A DNA stretch of 64,000 nucleotides, taken from the NCBI GenBank assembly GCA_031416315.1, contig JANOTL010000031.1:12816-76815 (forward strand), read 5' to 3'. A program made the position numbers and the translations under genes. The notes under the pieces are model-generated. The model worked only from the letters and a program-made list of their open reading frames with translations. It did not search any database and was not told where the DNA came from. This DNA is from Pseudomonadota bacterium. GTDB taxonomy: Bacteria > Bdellovibrionota_B > Oligoflexia > Oligoflexales > CAIYRB01. Positions 46,832 through 56,364 of this stretch are shown here, piece after piece; the stretch's first letter is position 1, and each line of letters starts with the position of its first letter.

Positions 46832-46858
46832 TCACGTTCTGGGGGGGTGGGCCGATGA
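46832..46858 (+). promoter_or_regulatory. Putative sigma28 promoter for Ser/Thr kinase operon
   Basis: TCAC-N15-GCCGATGA, 43 nt upstream of ATG 46902. Confidence 0.5.
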
Positions 46859-46901
46859 ACCAATTGTGTCAGTGGGTCTTCAGTGGAGTCGGACGGCAGG
46901 A

Positions 46902-48788
46902 ATGTCGGAAGAGTCGCGCTACGTACTAGCGAAAAAAATCGCCCGAGGCGGCATGGCCGAGATTTATCTCGGTAAGCATGTCGGTGACGACGGCTTTCAG
47001 CGGATTTGCGCGATCAAGCGCATCCTGCCCCATTACACGCAGGACCAAGAGTTCATTCAAATGTTCCGCGACGAGGCGCACATCTGCAAGCGCCTGCAGC
47101 ACGCGAACATTGTGCGCGTGGAGGGCTTCGAGGAAGTCGAAGGCTCCTACGCCATCATCATGGAGTTCGTCGACGGCTCCGACCTGCGCACGCTCCTGCA
47201 CTCGGCGGAGACGGCGAAGAAGAAGCTGCCGATCGCCATGGCCTGCCACATCATCGCCGAATCCGCGCGGGGCCTGCATTTCGCGCATACGAAGGTCGAT
47301 GAGATCACCAGCAAGATGCTCGGCATCGTGCACCGCGACATCTCGCCCCAGAACATCCTCGTCTCTTACGAAGGCGAGGTCAAAGCCACCGATTTCGGCA
47401 TCGCCGACGCCGACAACAAGCTCACCGAGACCCGCCCCGGCATCGTCAAGGGCAAGTACTCGTACATGAGCCCCGAGCAGATCTCGGCCAAGGACGTCGA
47501 CGCGCGTACGGACGTCTTCGCGCTCGCCATCGTCCTTTGGGAGATGGTGGCGATGCGTCGCCTCTTCCAGGGCGACAACGAGGTCGACACGATCCAGCGC
47601 GTGAAGAACTGCCGGATCGACCACGATCTCATGCAGCTCAACCCGGAGTGCGACCCCGAGCTCGACGAGATCATCAAAAAGGGTCTCGCCAAGGACCTGA
47701 AGAAGCGGCACAAGTCGGCGGGCGACCTCGAGAAGGACCTCCGCAAGTTCATGAGCCGGAAGTACCCGGAGTTCACGCCTGAGGAGCTCGGCAACTTCCT
47801 AAAGCAGAACATGGAGACCCGCCGCAGCGAGTCTTTGGCCGAGATCAAGAAGACCCTGACCGAGACGACGAACCGTCCCGCGGCTTCGGCGCGCAAAGCT
47901 GCGGCGGCGTTGCGCAAGCCCGGCGTCGACATCGTCGTCGAGGACAATCCGAGCGGCCAGCAGCCGCAACTCTCGATCGCGGGCCGCAGCAATCCGCACG
48001 CCACCGGCGCCGGGATGAGCGGCATGAACCAGGGCGGCGGCATGACCGGCATGACCGGCATGACCAACAACGGCCCCCGCTCCGGAAACACCAACGCCGG
48101 GCTTCGCGGCGCCACCAACGCCTCGCGGCCGATGTCGCGCCCGGCCACCAACGCCTCGAACGTCATGCCCACCGAGCCGCGCTCGAGCGGCGGCAAGGCC
48201 TGGCTTTTTATGATCGTCGCGGCCGTCGCCCTCGTCGTCGGCACGTTCGCTTACAAGCAGAATGCCAAGGGCAAGACGACGTCGATCTCGCTACGCGCGC
48301 AGCCGTCCCGCGTTCGGGTCTCGGTCGACAACAAGCCGATCAACCAGGGCCGCTACGTGCGCGCCGCCACCAACGCGCCGCTGAAGCTCACTCTGAAGCC
48401 CGGCAAGCACACGGTCGTGGTCAGCCGCGAAGGCTATCACTCCTATAAGTACACCTTCGACGCCGACGCCGGCGACCGCCTCTCCAAGGACGACATCGTC
48501 CTAAAGGAGAAGGGGACCCTCGCCGCCGTCAAAGTCCGCATGCGCCAGATCGACAAGACGGTGAAGATCGACATCGACGACGGCTACTTCGTCGCCACGA
48601 TCACCCCGGGCAAGGTCGACGCCGTCGCCCCCGACGTCCTTGCCGACAAGACTTACTCCTTGCGCGCCAGCGTCGCGGGCGAGAAAGACTTCACCTGTAA
48701 GTTCCAGGCAAAGTCGACCTCGTGGCGGACGCCGAACGAGGTCGTCGTCGACCGTCGCTCGAAGTCGTGCAAGGTCACGGGTCCGTGA
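46902..48788 (+). CDS. Membrane Ser/Thr protein kinase with PEGA ectodomain
   Basis: GGMAEIY, AIK, HRDISPQN, DFG, YMSPEQ, DVFAL; TM; PEGA-like PGKHTVVVSREGY. Confidence 0.93.
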   Translation: MSEESRYVLAKKIARGGMAEIYLGKHVGDDGFQRICAIKRILPHYTQDQEFIQMFRDEAHICKRLQHANIVRVEGFEEVEGSYAIIMEFVDGSDLRTLLHSAETAKKKLPIAMACHIIAESARGLHFAHTKVDEITSKMLGIVHRDISPQNILVSYEGEVKATDFGIADADNKLTETRPGIVKGKYSYMSPEQISAKDVDARTDVFALAIVLWEMVAMRRLFQGDNEVDTIQRVKNCRIDHDLMQLNPECDPELDEIIKKGLAKDLKKRHKSAGDLEKDLRKFMSRKYPEFTPEELGNFLKQNMETRRSESLAEIKKTLTETTNRPAASARKAAAALRKPGVDIVVEDNPSGQQPQLSIAGRSNPHATGAGMSGMNQGGGMTGMTGMTNNGPRSGNTNAGLRGATNASRPMSRPATNASNVMPTEPRSSGGKAWLFMIVAAVALVVGTFAYKQNAKGKTTSISLRAQPSRVRVSVDNKPINQGRYVRAATNAPLKLTLKPGKHTVVVSREGYHSYKYTFDADAGDRLSKDDIVLKEKGTLAAVKVRMRQIDKTVKIDIDDGYFVATITPGKVDAVAPDVLADKTYSLRASVAGEKDFTCKFQAKSTSWRTPNEVVVDRRSKSCKVTGP

Positions 48789-48792
48789 CGCG

Positions 48793-49455
48793 ATGGCAAA
48801 CCCTCGCACCCAACGCCGCGTCGCCCTGATTACCCTGACGACGCTCGTCTGGGGCGCGGCTTTGACCAACTCGTTCTACAAGTTCAAGTTGTCGGCCAAG
48901 TCCGGCATCTCGGTGTCGCTCACGACGAAGCCCGAGCACGTCCGCGTGTCGGTCGACAGCGAGCGCCAGTTCGACGGCGCCTACGTACAAACGCCAGTGA
49001 AGATCGCCGTGCCGCCCGGCCGCCACCGGATCAAGGTCGCCCGCGACGGCTACGTGGCGCACGTCGTCACGGTCGAGGGCGATAGCGGCGACGTCTTCAA
49101 GATGGACGACGTCGTCCTCCAGAAAAATCCGGACCTCATTTTCGCGCGCGTGATCGTCGAAGCGACCTACGAGGGGATCGAAGCGCGCGCCTTCGTCGAG
49201 ATCGACGAGGGCCTCGTCCGCGGCGAGACGCCGTTGACGACGCACGAGCTGACGCTCGGGAGCGAGCATTCGCTGCTCGTCTATCCGAAGGGCAAAGACG
49301 TCGACGTGAAGTTTCGCTGCCGGTTCACGCCGCCGGGCGAGATGGACGGGGCCGAGCATGCGATCAAGATCAAGATCACGCGGGATGCGGTGAAGGCGAC
49401 TGGGTGCGCGAAGTCTTCGGGGGCCGAAAAAGTCCCGAAAAAGGCCGCGCCCTAG
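48793..49455 (+). CDS. Membrane-anchored PEGA domain protein
   Basis: N-terminal TM; TPVKIAVPPGRHRIKVARDGY; GETPL. Confidence 0.82.
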   Translation: MANPRTQRRVALITLTTLVWGAALTNSFYKFKLSAKSGISVSLTTKPEHVRVSVDSERQFDGAYVQTPVKIAVPPGRHRIKVARDGYVAHVVTVEGDSGDVFKMDDVVLQKNPDLIFARVIVEATYEGIEARAFVEIDEGLVRGETPLTTHELTLGSEHSLLVYPKGKDVDVKFRCRFTPPGEMDGAEHAIKIKITRDAVKATGCAKSSGAEKVPKKAAP

Positions 49456-49520
49456 TTCTGCAGCCTCTGCGCTCTTCGCGCCGCCGCGACCTTCGCGTCA
49501 AGATCGCAAAGAGGCGTGCC

Positions 49521-50891
49521 CTACTCGTGCCGCACGGTCGCGAGCTCGTTCAACGCGGTCCGGATCTCTTTGGCGCCCTTTTCGCACACGCGCCGCACGC
49601 CCGAGTACTCGGTCTTCACCTCGTTCGCGGGGTACTTGCCGCCCGTCCGCTCGAGCCAAGCCCTCACCATGGCCGAGATCGAGTTCCACGCGTCGCGGCG
49701 TAGCTGCGTGTCGAGCGGCGTCAGGAGCTCGAGCTTCTGCAAGGTCTCGCGGTGGAAACCGGCGACGAAGAGCGGTGTCGCAGCGAGCGCCCAGAGCAGC
49801 GTGAAGGCCAGCGCGCCGGCGCCGGCGAAAGCGCCGAGAATCGTCGGGTCGGGCGCGAGGCCTTGGCCGTAGACGATGCCGCCGATCGCGACCGCTAGGA
49901 CCAAGCCCAGGACGAAGCCGACGACGACATTGCGCACACGGTAACGGGCGCGCTTCCTGCTGTAAGAGATCAGCGCCTCGAGGAGGTGCGACAGCCGCTC
50001 GCCGTGGAGCTCGACGTAGGCCGCGAGGTGGTCCAAACGATACTTCGGCGCCTGACCGATCAGGACCTTCAGCTCGTCGCGTTGGTTCTCGAGGAATTTC
50101 AAGTATTCGGCGTCGCGGCCGCCGCGGCGATCCTTGGCGTACGTCAGCTTGATCGGAGGGATGTCCTTCCTGCCGAGCATCTGCGAGAGGTTCCAACAGA
50201 GCGTGCCGTAAACACGCAAGAGGTCTACCAAAGTCTCACATTCGTCCACTCGGTTCAGGACGAAAATGACGCGGTCTTCGAAGGTCTTCGCCGGCAGGGT
50301 GTCGCGCAAGCTCGCGTGCGCTTCGCGCACGGTGCCGGCTTTATGCGGGTCGAAGAGGACGAGCACGAGGTCTGCGATCTGGGCCAGGTCGCCGATAACG
50401 TCCTGATAATTGTAGCCACGGTCGCGCTCGGCGATGCTGTCGAGCATTCCGGGAGTGTCGATCAGGGCCAGGTGCTTCAGAAACGGCGAGTTCACCTTCT
50501 TCAGGCGAAAGTGCGAGGCGAAACGCTGGCCGTGCTTCTTCAGGCCCTCGAAGGGATACTGCGGGTCGTTGAGGAGAACCGAGCCCTCGCGCTCCTCGGT
50601 CACGCGCACGGGGCCGCGGCCCTCGGCGCCCTCGTCGTGGGTGATGATCGTGAAGCAGTCGTCGGTCGGCGCCTGGCCGGTCTGCTGGACGTCCATGCCG
50701 AGCAGCTCGTTGATGAGCGTCGATTTGCCCGACGAGTAGTTGCCAAGGATCAGGACCTGCGGCCGCCACTTGATATTGGACTCGAGCGGCACTTCGCTAT
50801 AACCGTAACGTCGGGCCACTGGGCTTAGGTGGGTGCCGACGAGCTCGACCATTTCCGAGCGCAAGGACTCGATGTAGTTCTCACGATACAT
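49521..50891 (-). CDS. Dynamin-superfamily (EHD-like) NTPase with C-terminal TM hairpin
   Basis: GNYSSGKS, APTDDCFT, DTPG, DRGY, FDPHK, LNRVD; two TM helices. Confidence 0.85.
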   Translation of the reverse strand: MYRENYIESLRSEMVELVGTHLSPVARRYGYSEVPLESNIKWRPQVLILGNYSSGKSTLINELLGMDVQQTGQAPTDDCFTIITHDEGAEGRGPVRVTEEREGSVLLNDPQYPFEGLKKHGQRFASHFRLKKVNSPFLKHLALIDTPGMLDSIAERDRGYNYQDVIGDLAQIADLVLVLFDPHKAGTVREAHASLRDTLPAKTFEDRVIFVLNRVDECETLVDLLRVYGTLCWNLSQMLGRKDIPPIKLTYAKDRRGGRDAEYLKFLENQRDELKVLIGQAPKYRLDHLAAYVELHGERLSHLLEALISYSRKRARYRVRNVVVGFVLGLVLAVAIGGIVYGQGLAPDPTILGAFAGAGALAFTLLWALAATPLFVAGFHRETLQKLELLTPLDTQLRRDAWNSISAMVRAWLERTGGKYPANEVKTEYSGVRRVCEKGAKEIRTALNELATVRHE

Positions 50892-50919
50892 GCGCCTAGA
50901 TTGACAGGAAAATCTTCCT

Positions 50920-52818
50920 TTGACCATCTACTTCCGCGAGCAGGGGACGACGATCGTCGTGTACGGCAACACGTACGCGGTGCGCGAACGTTTGAAGTCG
51001 CTCGGGGCGCGGTTCAACGGCCAGGAGAAGAACTGGCTGGTCCCCCGGTCCGAAGACAACCTGAAGCTCGTCGAGGGGATCGTCGAGGCCTACGGGGGTA
51101 AGAAGATCGGGGCGGTAGGCGTCTTCGGGACGTCGATCGAGCTCACGGAGGGGGTGACGACGGTCCTCGCGCCGGTCATCGCCTCCGGCAGCCCGGTCCC
51201 GCTGGGATCTTTGGTCGAGACCCCGACTGGGTCTGCCAACGATCTGTCGATTCGCCAGCTCATGGACAAGGTCGGCTTTGCGGTGACGCACGCGTTCCCT
51301 CGCTCCGTCTGGGTGGTCGGCGAGATCCAGAACCTGGCGATGCGCCCGAGCGGCATCTTCTTCGACTTGGCCGAGTCCTCGGAGAGCGGCCACCAGAACG
51401 CGACCGTGACCGTCCGCTCCATCCTCTGGAGCCAGGCCCAGACCTACATTCGCTCGCGCCGCGGCGAAGGCGTCCTGCTGGAAGTGCTGCAGGAGGGCTT
51501 GAAAGTCCGCGCGCTCTGCACGGTGCAGCTCTACAAGGACCGGGGCCAGGTGAGCCTCCTGATCGAAGACATCGACCCTTCGTTCACGAAAGGCGCCCTG
51601 GCTCTGGCGCGGGAAAAGCTATTGAAAGAGCTGCGCGCCAAGGGCTTGGACGAGGCGCAGCAAAAGCTTCCCCTCCCCCCTTTCCCGTTTCGCGTCGGCT
51701 TGATCAGCGCCGAGGGCTCGCGGGCGGCCTCCGACTTCACCGATCAGCTCCAGGAGATCGGCTTTCCCGGCGAGATCCTCTTCTGCTCCGCCCCGATGCA
51801 AGGCGAGGCAGTCCCAGTCAAGGTCGTGAAGGCGATCGAGGCCCTGGCCGCACAAGGAGTGGACCTCATCGTCCTGACGCGGGGCGGCGGCAGCGCGGCC
51901 GATCTCCGCTGGTTCGACGCGCCGGAAATCGCCTATGCGATCGCGCGTTGTAAGATTCCCGTGGTCGCGGCGATCGGCCATCACGACGACGTCTGCGTCG
52001 CGGAGCTCGTGTGCCATTTGCGGCAGAAGACGCCGACGGCGGCCGCCGACTTCGTCGGCGGCATCTTCCGGACGACGAGACAGCGTTTGGATCAGCACGC
52101 CGGCGCGATGGCGCAGCAGCTGACGCGGCGCGCCAACGACTTCGCCGCGATGCAGGCGCAGCTCGCCGCGCGCCTGACGGCGGCAGCCGGTGAGGCGATC
52201 GCGCGGCGCGAGCAGCGTTTGCAGATGTTTTCGCACCGCCTGGCGACGACGGCCACGGAGCTCGTCACGCTCGGCCTGCAGCGGCTGGAAGCCTTGCGCA
52301 ACCGCATGGCCGTGCTGTCGACGGAGACGGTCGCGCGCGAGGCGCGGCGGCTCGCCCTGGCGCAGAGCCGGATGGCGCAACTCGCGGTCGAGACGGTGAC
52401 ACGGGGGACGCGCCGTCTCGACGAGGCGGGCAGCCGCATCGCGCAGCTCGCGAGCGAGTTCGTCGCGCGCGGCACGCGCCGTACCGACGAGCAGCGCTCA
52501 CGACTAGCGCAGATCGCCAGCGAGCGCGTGGGACGCGAGGCAAGGCATCTCGACGAGCTTCAGGCGCGCTCGGCGCTCTACGTCGAGCGCAGCATGGCGA
52601 CGCGTTATACCCGTGTCGGCGAGCTCGAGCGCGCGCTCGTCGGCCACGATCCGAAACCGTGGCTGGCGCAAGGTTGGACCCAACTTTGCGACGGAAAGCG
52701 CGTCGTGCGCTCGGTCCTCACCCTTAGAATCGGAACGCGGCTCTCGGCGCGGCTCCTCGACGGTCGCGTGACCGTTGAGGTGTCGTCGCTGACGCCAGAC
52801 CAAGGAAGCGAACCATGA
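50920..52818 (+). CDS. xseA: Exodeoxyribonuclease VII large subunit, extended
   Basis: VWVVGEI, RGGGSAADL, AIGHHDD, TPTAAA, PKPWLAQGW; followed by xseB. Confidence 0.9.
   Translation: MTIYFREQGTTIVVYGNTYAVRERLKSLGARFNGQEKNWLVPRSEDNLKLVEGIVEAYGGKKIGAVGVFGTSIELTEGVTTVLAPVIASGSPVPLGSLVETPTGSANDLSIRQLMDKVGFAVTHAFPRSVWVVGEIQNLAMRPSGIFFDLAESSESGHQNATVTVRSILWSQAQTYIRSRRGEGVLLEVLQEGLKVRALCTVQLYKDRGQVSLLIEDIDPSFTKGALALAREKLLKELRAKGLDEAQQKLPLPPFPFRVGLISAEGSRAASDFTDQLQEIGFPGEILFCSAPMQGEAVPVKVVKAIEALAAQGVDLIVLTRGGGSAADLRWFDAPEIAYAIARCKIPVVAAIGHHDDVCVAELVCHLRQKTPTAAADFVGGIFRTTRQRLDQHAGAMAQQLTRRANDFAAMQAQLAARLTAAAGEAIARREQRLQMFSHRLATTATELVTLGLQRLEALRNRMAVLSTETVAREARRLALAQSRMAQLAVETVTRGTRRLDEAGSRIAQLASEFVARGTRRTDEQRSRLAQIASERVGREARHLDELQARSALYVERSMATRYTRVGELERALVGHDPKPWLAQGWTQLCDGKRVVRSVLTLRIGTRLSARLLDGRVTVEVSSLTPDQGSEP
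52108..52569 (+). repeat. About seven 22-aa (66-bp) helical repeats in XseA
   Basis: MAVLSTETVAREARRLALAQSR / MAQLAVETVTRGTRRLDEAGSR / IAQLASEFVARGTRRTDEQRSR / LAQIASERVGREARHLDELQAR plus three weaker upstream units. Confidence 0.7.
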
Positions 52819-53021
52819 CGGAAACGCAAAAAGAGTCGGCGACTTACAAAGGCATGCTCGACCAGGTCGAGACCATCGTCAAAGAGGTCGGCTCGCCCGA
52901 TCTGGACTTGGACGACATGGTCGCGAAGATCGAGCGCGGCTACGGCTTGATCAAGACGATGCGCCAGCGCCTCGATCAGACGAAAGAAAAGATCGAGAAG
53001 CTCAGGATCGACTTCGAGTAG
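52815..53021 (+). CDS. xseB: Exodeoxyribonuclease VII small subunit
   Basis: YKGMLDQVETIVKEV...LDLDD...ERGYGLI; ATGA coupling. Confidence 0.9.
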   Translation: MTETQKESATYKGMLDQVETIVKEVGSPDLDLDDMVAKIERGYGLIKTMRQRLDQTKEKIEKLRIDFE

Positions 53022-53100
53022 AGCGCGGCGCGGGAAATCGGCGCGCCGAAAGCAGGGGTCGTTCGCGAGCTGCCGAACGCCGTCCTGCGCGTGGCAAGCG

Positions 53101-54999
53101 TCAAAACGTCTTGCTGACACCGGCCAGGATCGAGAATTCGGTCGAAACCTCGGGCTGCGCCTGCTGGAAGACGAACTCGTACTGGGGTGCGGCGACGGCG
53201 AAGCTGCGCGTCTTATAGGTAAAGCTCGCCTGCCCGAAGAGCCATTCGAGCGGCGACATCTTGAAGCTGACGGTGGCCGCGGTCTCCGAGCCGTCGGCCG
53301 GGACAATCGCCTTTTTCACCGGAGTTGGGTTGGCCGGGTCGGCCGGCGCGGTCGGGGTCGTCGGCGTTGCGCCCGGATTCTTCGGGTCGACGATCTCGTC
53401 GTACTGCGCCTTCTTGCCCGTGACCTGCGTCTGCCCGCCGGCGAACCCGAAGGAGCCGCCGAACTCGAAGGTCTTGGTGAACGAGAGGCCAAAGTTGAGC
53501 GTGCTGTCGGCCGCCGCCGCGATGTAGCCCTCGGGCGGCGTCGCGGCCGCGTAGCCGCCGTTGAGCGCCAAAGAGAAGCTCTCGAACGTCTTCGTGATCG
53601 CGACCCCGGCCGTCTGGGTGGTGCCGAAGGCGGCGCCGGTGAAGCCGGGCGGCGGCAGGACGGTGAGCTCGGTCTCGGTCTGGAAAAAGCTCACGTCGAC
53701 CCGCGTCGACTCCAAAGATTTCGAGGCTTCGACGCCGAAGGTGGTCGACGAGCTCGCAACCTCGCCGAGCTTGTCGATCGCGTCGGCGAGCTTCGCCTTC
53801 AGTTTGGCGTCGAAGCTCTCACCGTCGTAGCCCAAGCTTCCGAACGGGCCGCGCGTCGCGGTCATCTCGTCAGCCTTGAAATCGGGGTAGGTCTGCTGCA
53901 TCGAGAAGCCGCCGGCGAGCTCCAGCCCGGAGCCGAACGGGAAAGCGCCCTCGGGGTTCAGGAAGACGACGGCGTTGTTGGCGGAGGTGGACGCGAGCGG
54001 CTGCTCCTGCTCCAAGATGTTGCCGGGGTCGGTCTGGTAGGCGACGAACTTCGTTTTGGTGCCCGCCGTCGATTGCGCGACCTGCGAAAGGTCGAGGTTC
54101 AGCGTGAACGACGGCTGCGCTCCGGCGTCGTTCGGATCGCCGAGATATTTGCCCTTGTACGAGCCTTTGATCGTCGAGCTGGTGGTGGTGGATTTGTCTT
54201 CGGCGAAGCCGTGGTAGTCGTTCGTCGAGGAAGTCTGCTGGACGGTGAGAGACGGCGTGATGGCGTTCATGAAGCCGGTTTTCGGCGGCGGCGGCTTGGG
54301 CGGCGGCTTCTTCGCCGCCTTCGGGTCCGGGTCCGCCGGCGCGCCGATGATCCCGGGATCGACATAGGCGGGCGGCGGCGGCGTCGGCGTGAAGCTGAAG
54401 TTGTTGTTGCGGTTGTTGAAGCCGCCGCTGCCCTGACGCTCGGAGCGCACGGCGCGCTTCGCCTCGGCGAGCGCTTCGCGCCGCGTGCCTTCGAGGGACG
54501 ACGGCAACTTGCGCGCGCGCTTCAGCCAGGTGATGGCGTTGTCCCAGGCGCGCAAGCGCGCGTAGGAAATGCCGCGATAGAAGTACGCGTAATTCGCGTA
54601 TTTGCTGCTCTTTGGCACCTTGGCGAAGCCGGAGACGGCCTTCTTGTACTGCTTCGCCTGGAACATGGTGATGCCATACTCGTAGGCGATGTCGCTCGGG
54701 ACACTGTCCGGCGAGATTCTCTTCCACTGCTTCGCGGCCTTCGAGATCTTCCCTTCTCTGAAGAAGATGCGGCCGAGGAGGAGGCGTGCGGGCTGGAAAT
54801 CAGGGTATTTCTTGACGAGTCCGGCGAGGAGCTTCAGCGCCGCCTTGGACTTATCTTCCTTGTAGGCTTTTTGCGCCTGCTTCAAGACGGGCGTCGGCCC
54901 GCCTTGCGCGAGGATCGGCGCCGCGAAGACGCAAAGGAGCACGGCGGCGCAAAGAGCGCGGCCGATGGCTCGAAGGAGGTTCCAAGACGTGAAGCTCAC
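53101..54999 (-). CDS. TPR-containing outer-membrane beta-barrel protein
   Basis: Signal peptide, TPR helices, Pro-rich linker, beta strands, terminal GVSKTF. Confidence 0.75.
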   Translation of the reverse strand: MSFTSWNLLRAIGRALCAAVLLCVFAAPILAQGGPTPVLKQAQKAYKEDKSKAALKLLAGLVKKYPDFQPARLLLGRIFFREGKISKAAKQWKRISPDSVPSDIAYEYGITMFQAKQYKKAVSGFAKVPKSSKYANYAYFYRGISYARLRAWDNAITWLKRARKLPSSLEGTRREALAEAKRAVRSERQGSGGFNNRNNNFSFTPTPPPPAYVDPGIIGAPADPDPKAAKKPPPKPPPPKTGFMNAITPSLTVQQTSSTNDYHGFAEDKSTTTSSTIKGSYKGKYLGDPNDAGAQPSFTLNLDLSQVAQSTAGTKTKFVAYQTDPGNILEQEQPLASTSANNAVVFLNPEGAFPFGSGLELAGGFSMQQTYPDFKADEMTATRGPFGSLGYDGESFDAKLKAKLADAIDKLGEVASSSTTFGVEASKSLESTRVDVSFFQTETELTVLPPPGFTGAAFGTTQTAGVAITKTFESFSLALNGGYAAATPPEGYIAAAADSTLNFGLSFTKTFEFGGSFGFAGGQTQVTGKKAQYDEIVDPKNPGATPTTPTAPADPANPTPVKKAIVPADGSETAATVSFKMSPLEWLFGQASFTYKTRSFAVAAPQYEFVFQQAQPEVSTEFSILAGVSKTF

Positions 55000-55019
55000 A
55001 CGTCTATTTTAGGCCGTTT

Positions 55020-56360
55020 TCAGCGCGAAAGCTTCACGCCGGAGAATTCGGCCTCGAGCTTCTCGACGATCTTCTCGACCGGCACCGGATCTTTTTTGCC
55101 GAGCGTCTTGGCGAGCTTCAGCTCGGCGCGGTAGTCAAAGCGCGTAAAGTAGTCGGCTTTGCCGAGTCGTCCCGCGAGCTGCGCGATCCGATCGGCAACT
55201 TCTGCCGGCAGGGCGCCTTTCTGGTGCGCGGCAATGCGGACGTAGCTCCAGCCGAAGCGGTCCTCGGTGTAAGACACCCAAGGATCCTCCGCCGGCCCGG
55301 CGCCCGCGGCGTCTTTGCATTTCACCAAGGTCGCGGCATCTTTTGCCGCCTCGTAGCAGGTCCATTGCGACAGCGGGTCGCCGGCGGCGACGCTCGTCGG
55401 CGCGCGCGAGCTGCCGTCGCGCGCCATCTCGAGCACCCATTGCAGGCGGATGCGTACGGCGGCCAAGCCGTTCTTGTCCCATGCCGCGGTTTCGCTGATG
55501 CTCATTTCACTGGCGACGTCGGTGAGCGCGCGGTCGGCCATCTCGAGGCAGCCGACGTAGTAGTTGTCGGGCGCGATCCAGCCGGCGTGCTCGCGGCGCT
55601 TCACCCAGTGCGGGTCCCAGGCGAGGAGGCGCGCCCAGTGCTGGTTTTGCAGCTTCTTCTCGCTGACGAAGGGGCCGGTCTGCTTCGACGCGGCGCGCCA
55701 GCGCTTCTTCCAGCTCTTGAGCGAGCAGTCGGTGGGCGCGGCTAAGGCGCCCTCGCCGCGCATGAGCTTCGACGGCAGCGCGCCGGCCGTGCCATCGGTC
55801 ATAAAGGCATGGCGGCGCACGAGCGGGAGCCACGGTGAGTCGGCCTTGCGCTCTTTCAAAACCTTGTCGACGATCGTGTCGAGCTGCTCGGTCATGAAGG
55901 CGGTGAAAGCGCCAAAATCGCGGCGCTCGAGCATGACGAAGGGCACGTCGGGGCCGGGCAGAGCCGAGGGCTCCTTCGCCTTGCTCGAGAGCTTGCCGCC
56001 ACTCGCCATGAACACCGCCGCGAGGAACGCGCAGAGCGCGATCACCGCGAAGGCGATCGCCAGGCCAAGGCCCTTGGAGCGCTTGATCTGGAGCTGCGCC
56101 GTTTTCTCGCCGCCCATGCGCTCGCCGTGCCCCGAGACGCCCCAGCCCGCCAGCATATCCTCATGAACGATGCGCGCGACGTCGGGATAAATGCGCTTGA
56201 TCTGCTCGAGGTTGTCGAAGCTCACCCACGGGCCGCAGTGTCCGGAGACTTCGTCCTGCAGGCCGAAGGCCATGCGCTTGTAAGCTTCCTTCATCTCCAC
56301 CAGGCTCAAGGGCCCCGTGAAGCTTTCCATGTTTCTGCGGATGAGGAAGAGCTTCGCCAC
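55020..56360 (-). CDS. Bitopic protein with GYF_2-like N terminus and large periplasmic domain
   Basis: FTGPLSLVEM...DEVSGHCGPWV; TM GLAIAFAVIALCAFLAAVF. Confidence 0.6.
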   Translation of the reverse strand: MAKLFLIRRNMESFTGPLSLVEMKEAYKRMAFGLQDEVSGHCGPWVSFDNLEQIKRIYPDVARIVHEDMLAGWGVSGHGERMGGEKTAQLQIKRSKGLGLAIAFAVIALCAFLAAVFMASGGKLSSKAKEPSALPGPDVPFVMLERRDFGAFTAFMTEQLDTIVDKVLKERKADSPWLPLVRRHAFMTDGTAGALPSKLMRGEGALAAPTDCSLKSWKKRWRAASKQTGPFVSEKKLQNQHWARLLAWDPHWVKRREHAGWIAPDNYYVGCLEMADRALTDVASEMSISETAAWDKNGLAAVRIRLQWVLEMARDGSSRAPTSVAAGDPLSQWTCYEAAKDAATLVKCKDAAGAGPAEDPWVSYTEDRFGWSYVRIAAHQKGALPAEVADRIAQLAGRLGKADYFTRFDYRAELKLAKTLGKKDPVPVEKIVEKLEAEFSGVKLSR

Positions 56361-56364
56361 CGGT

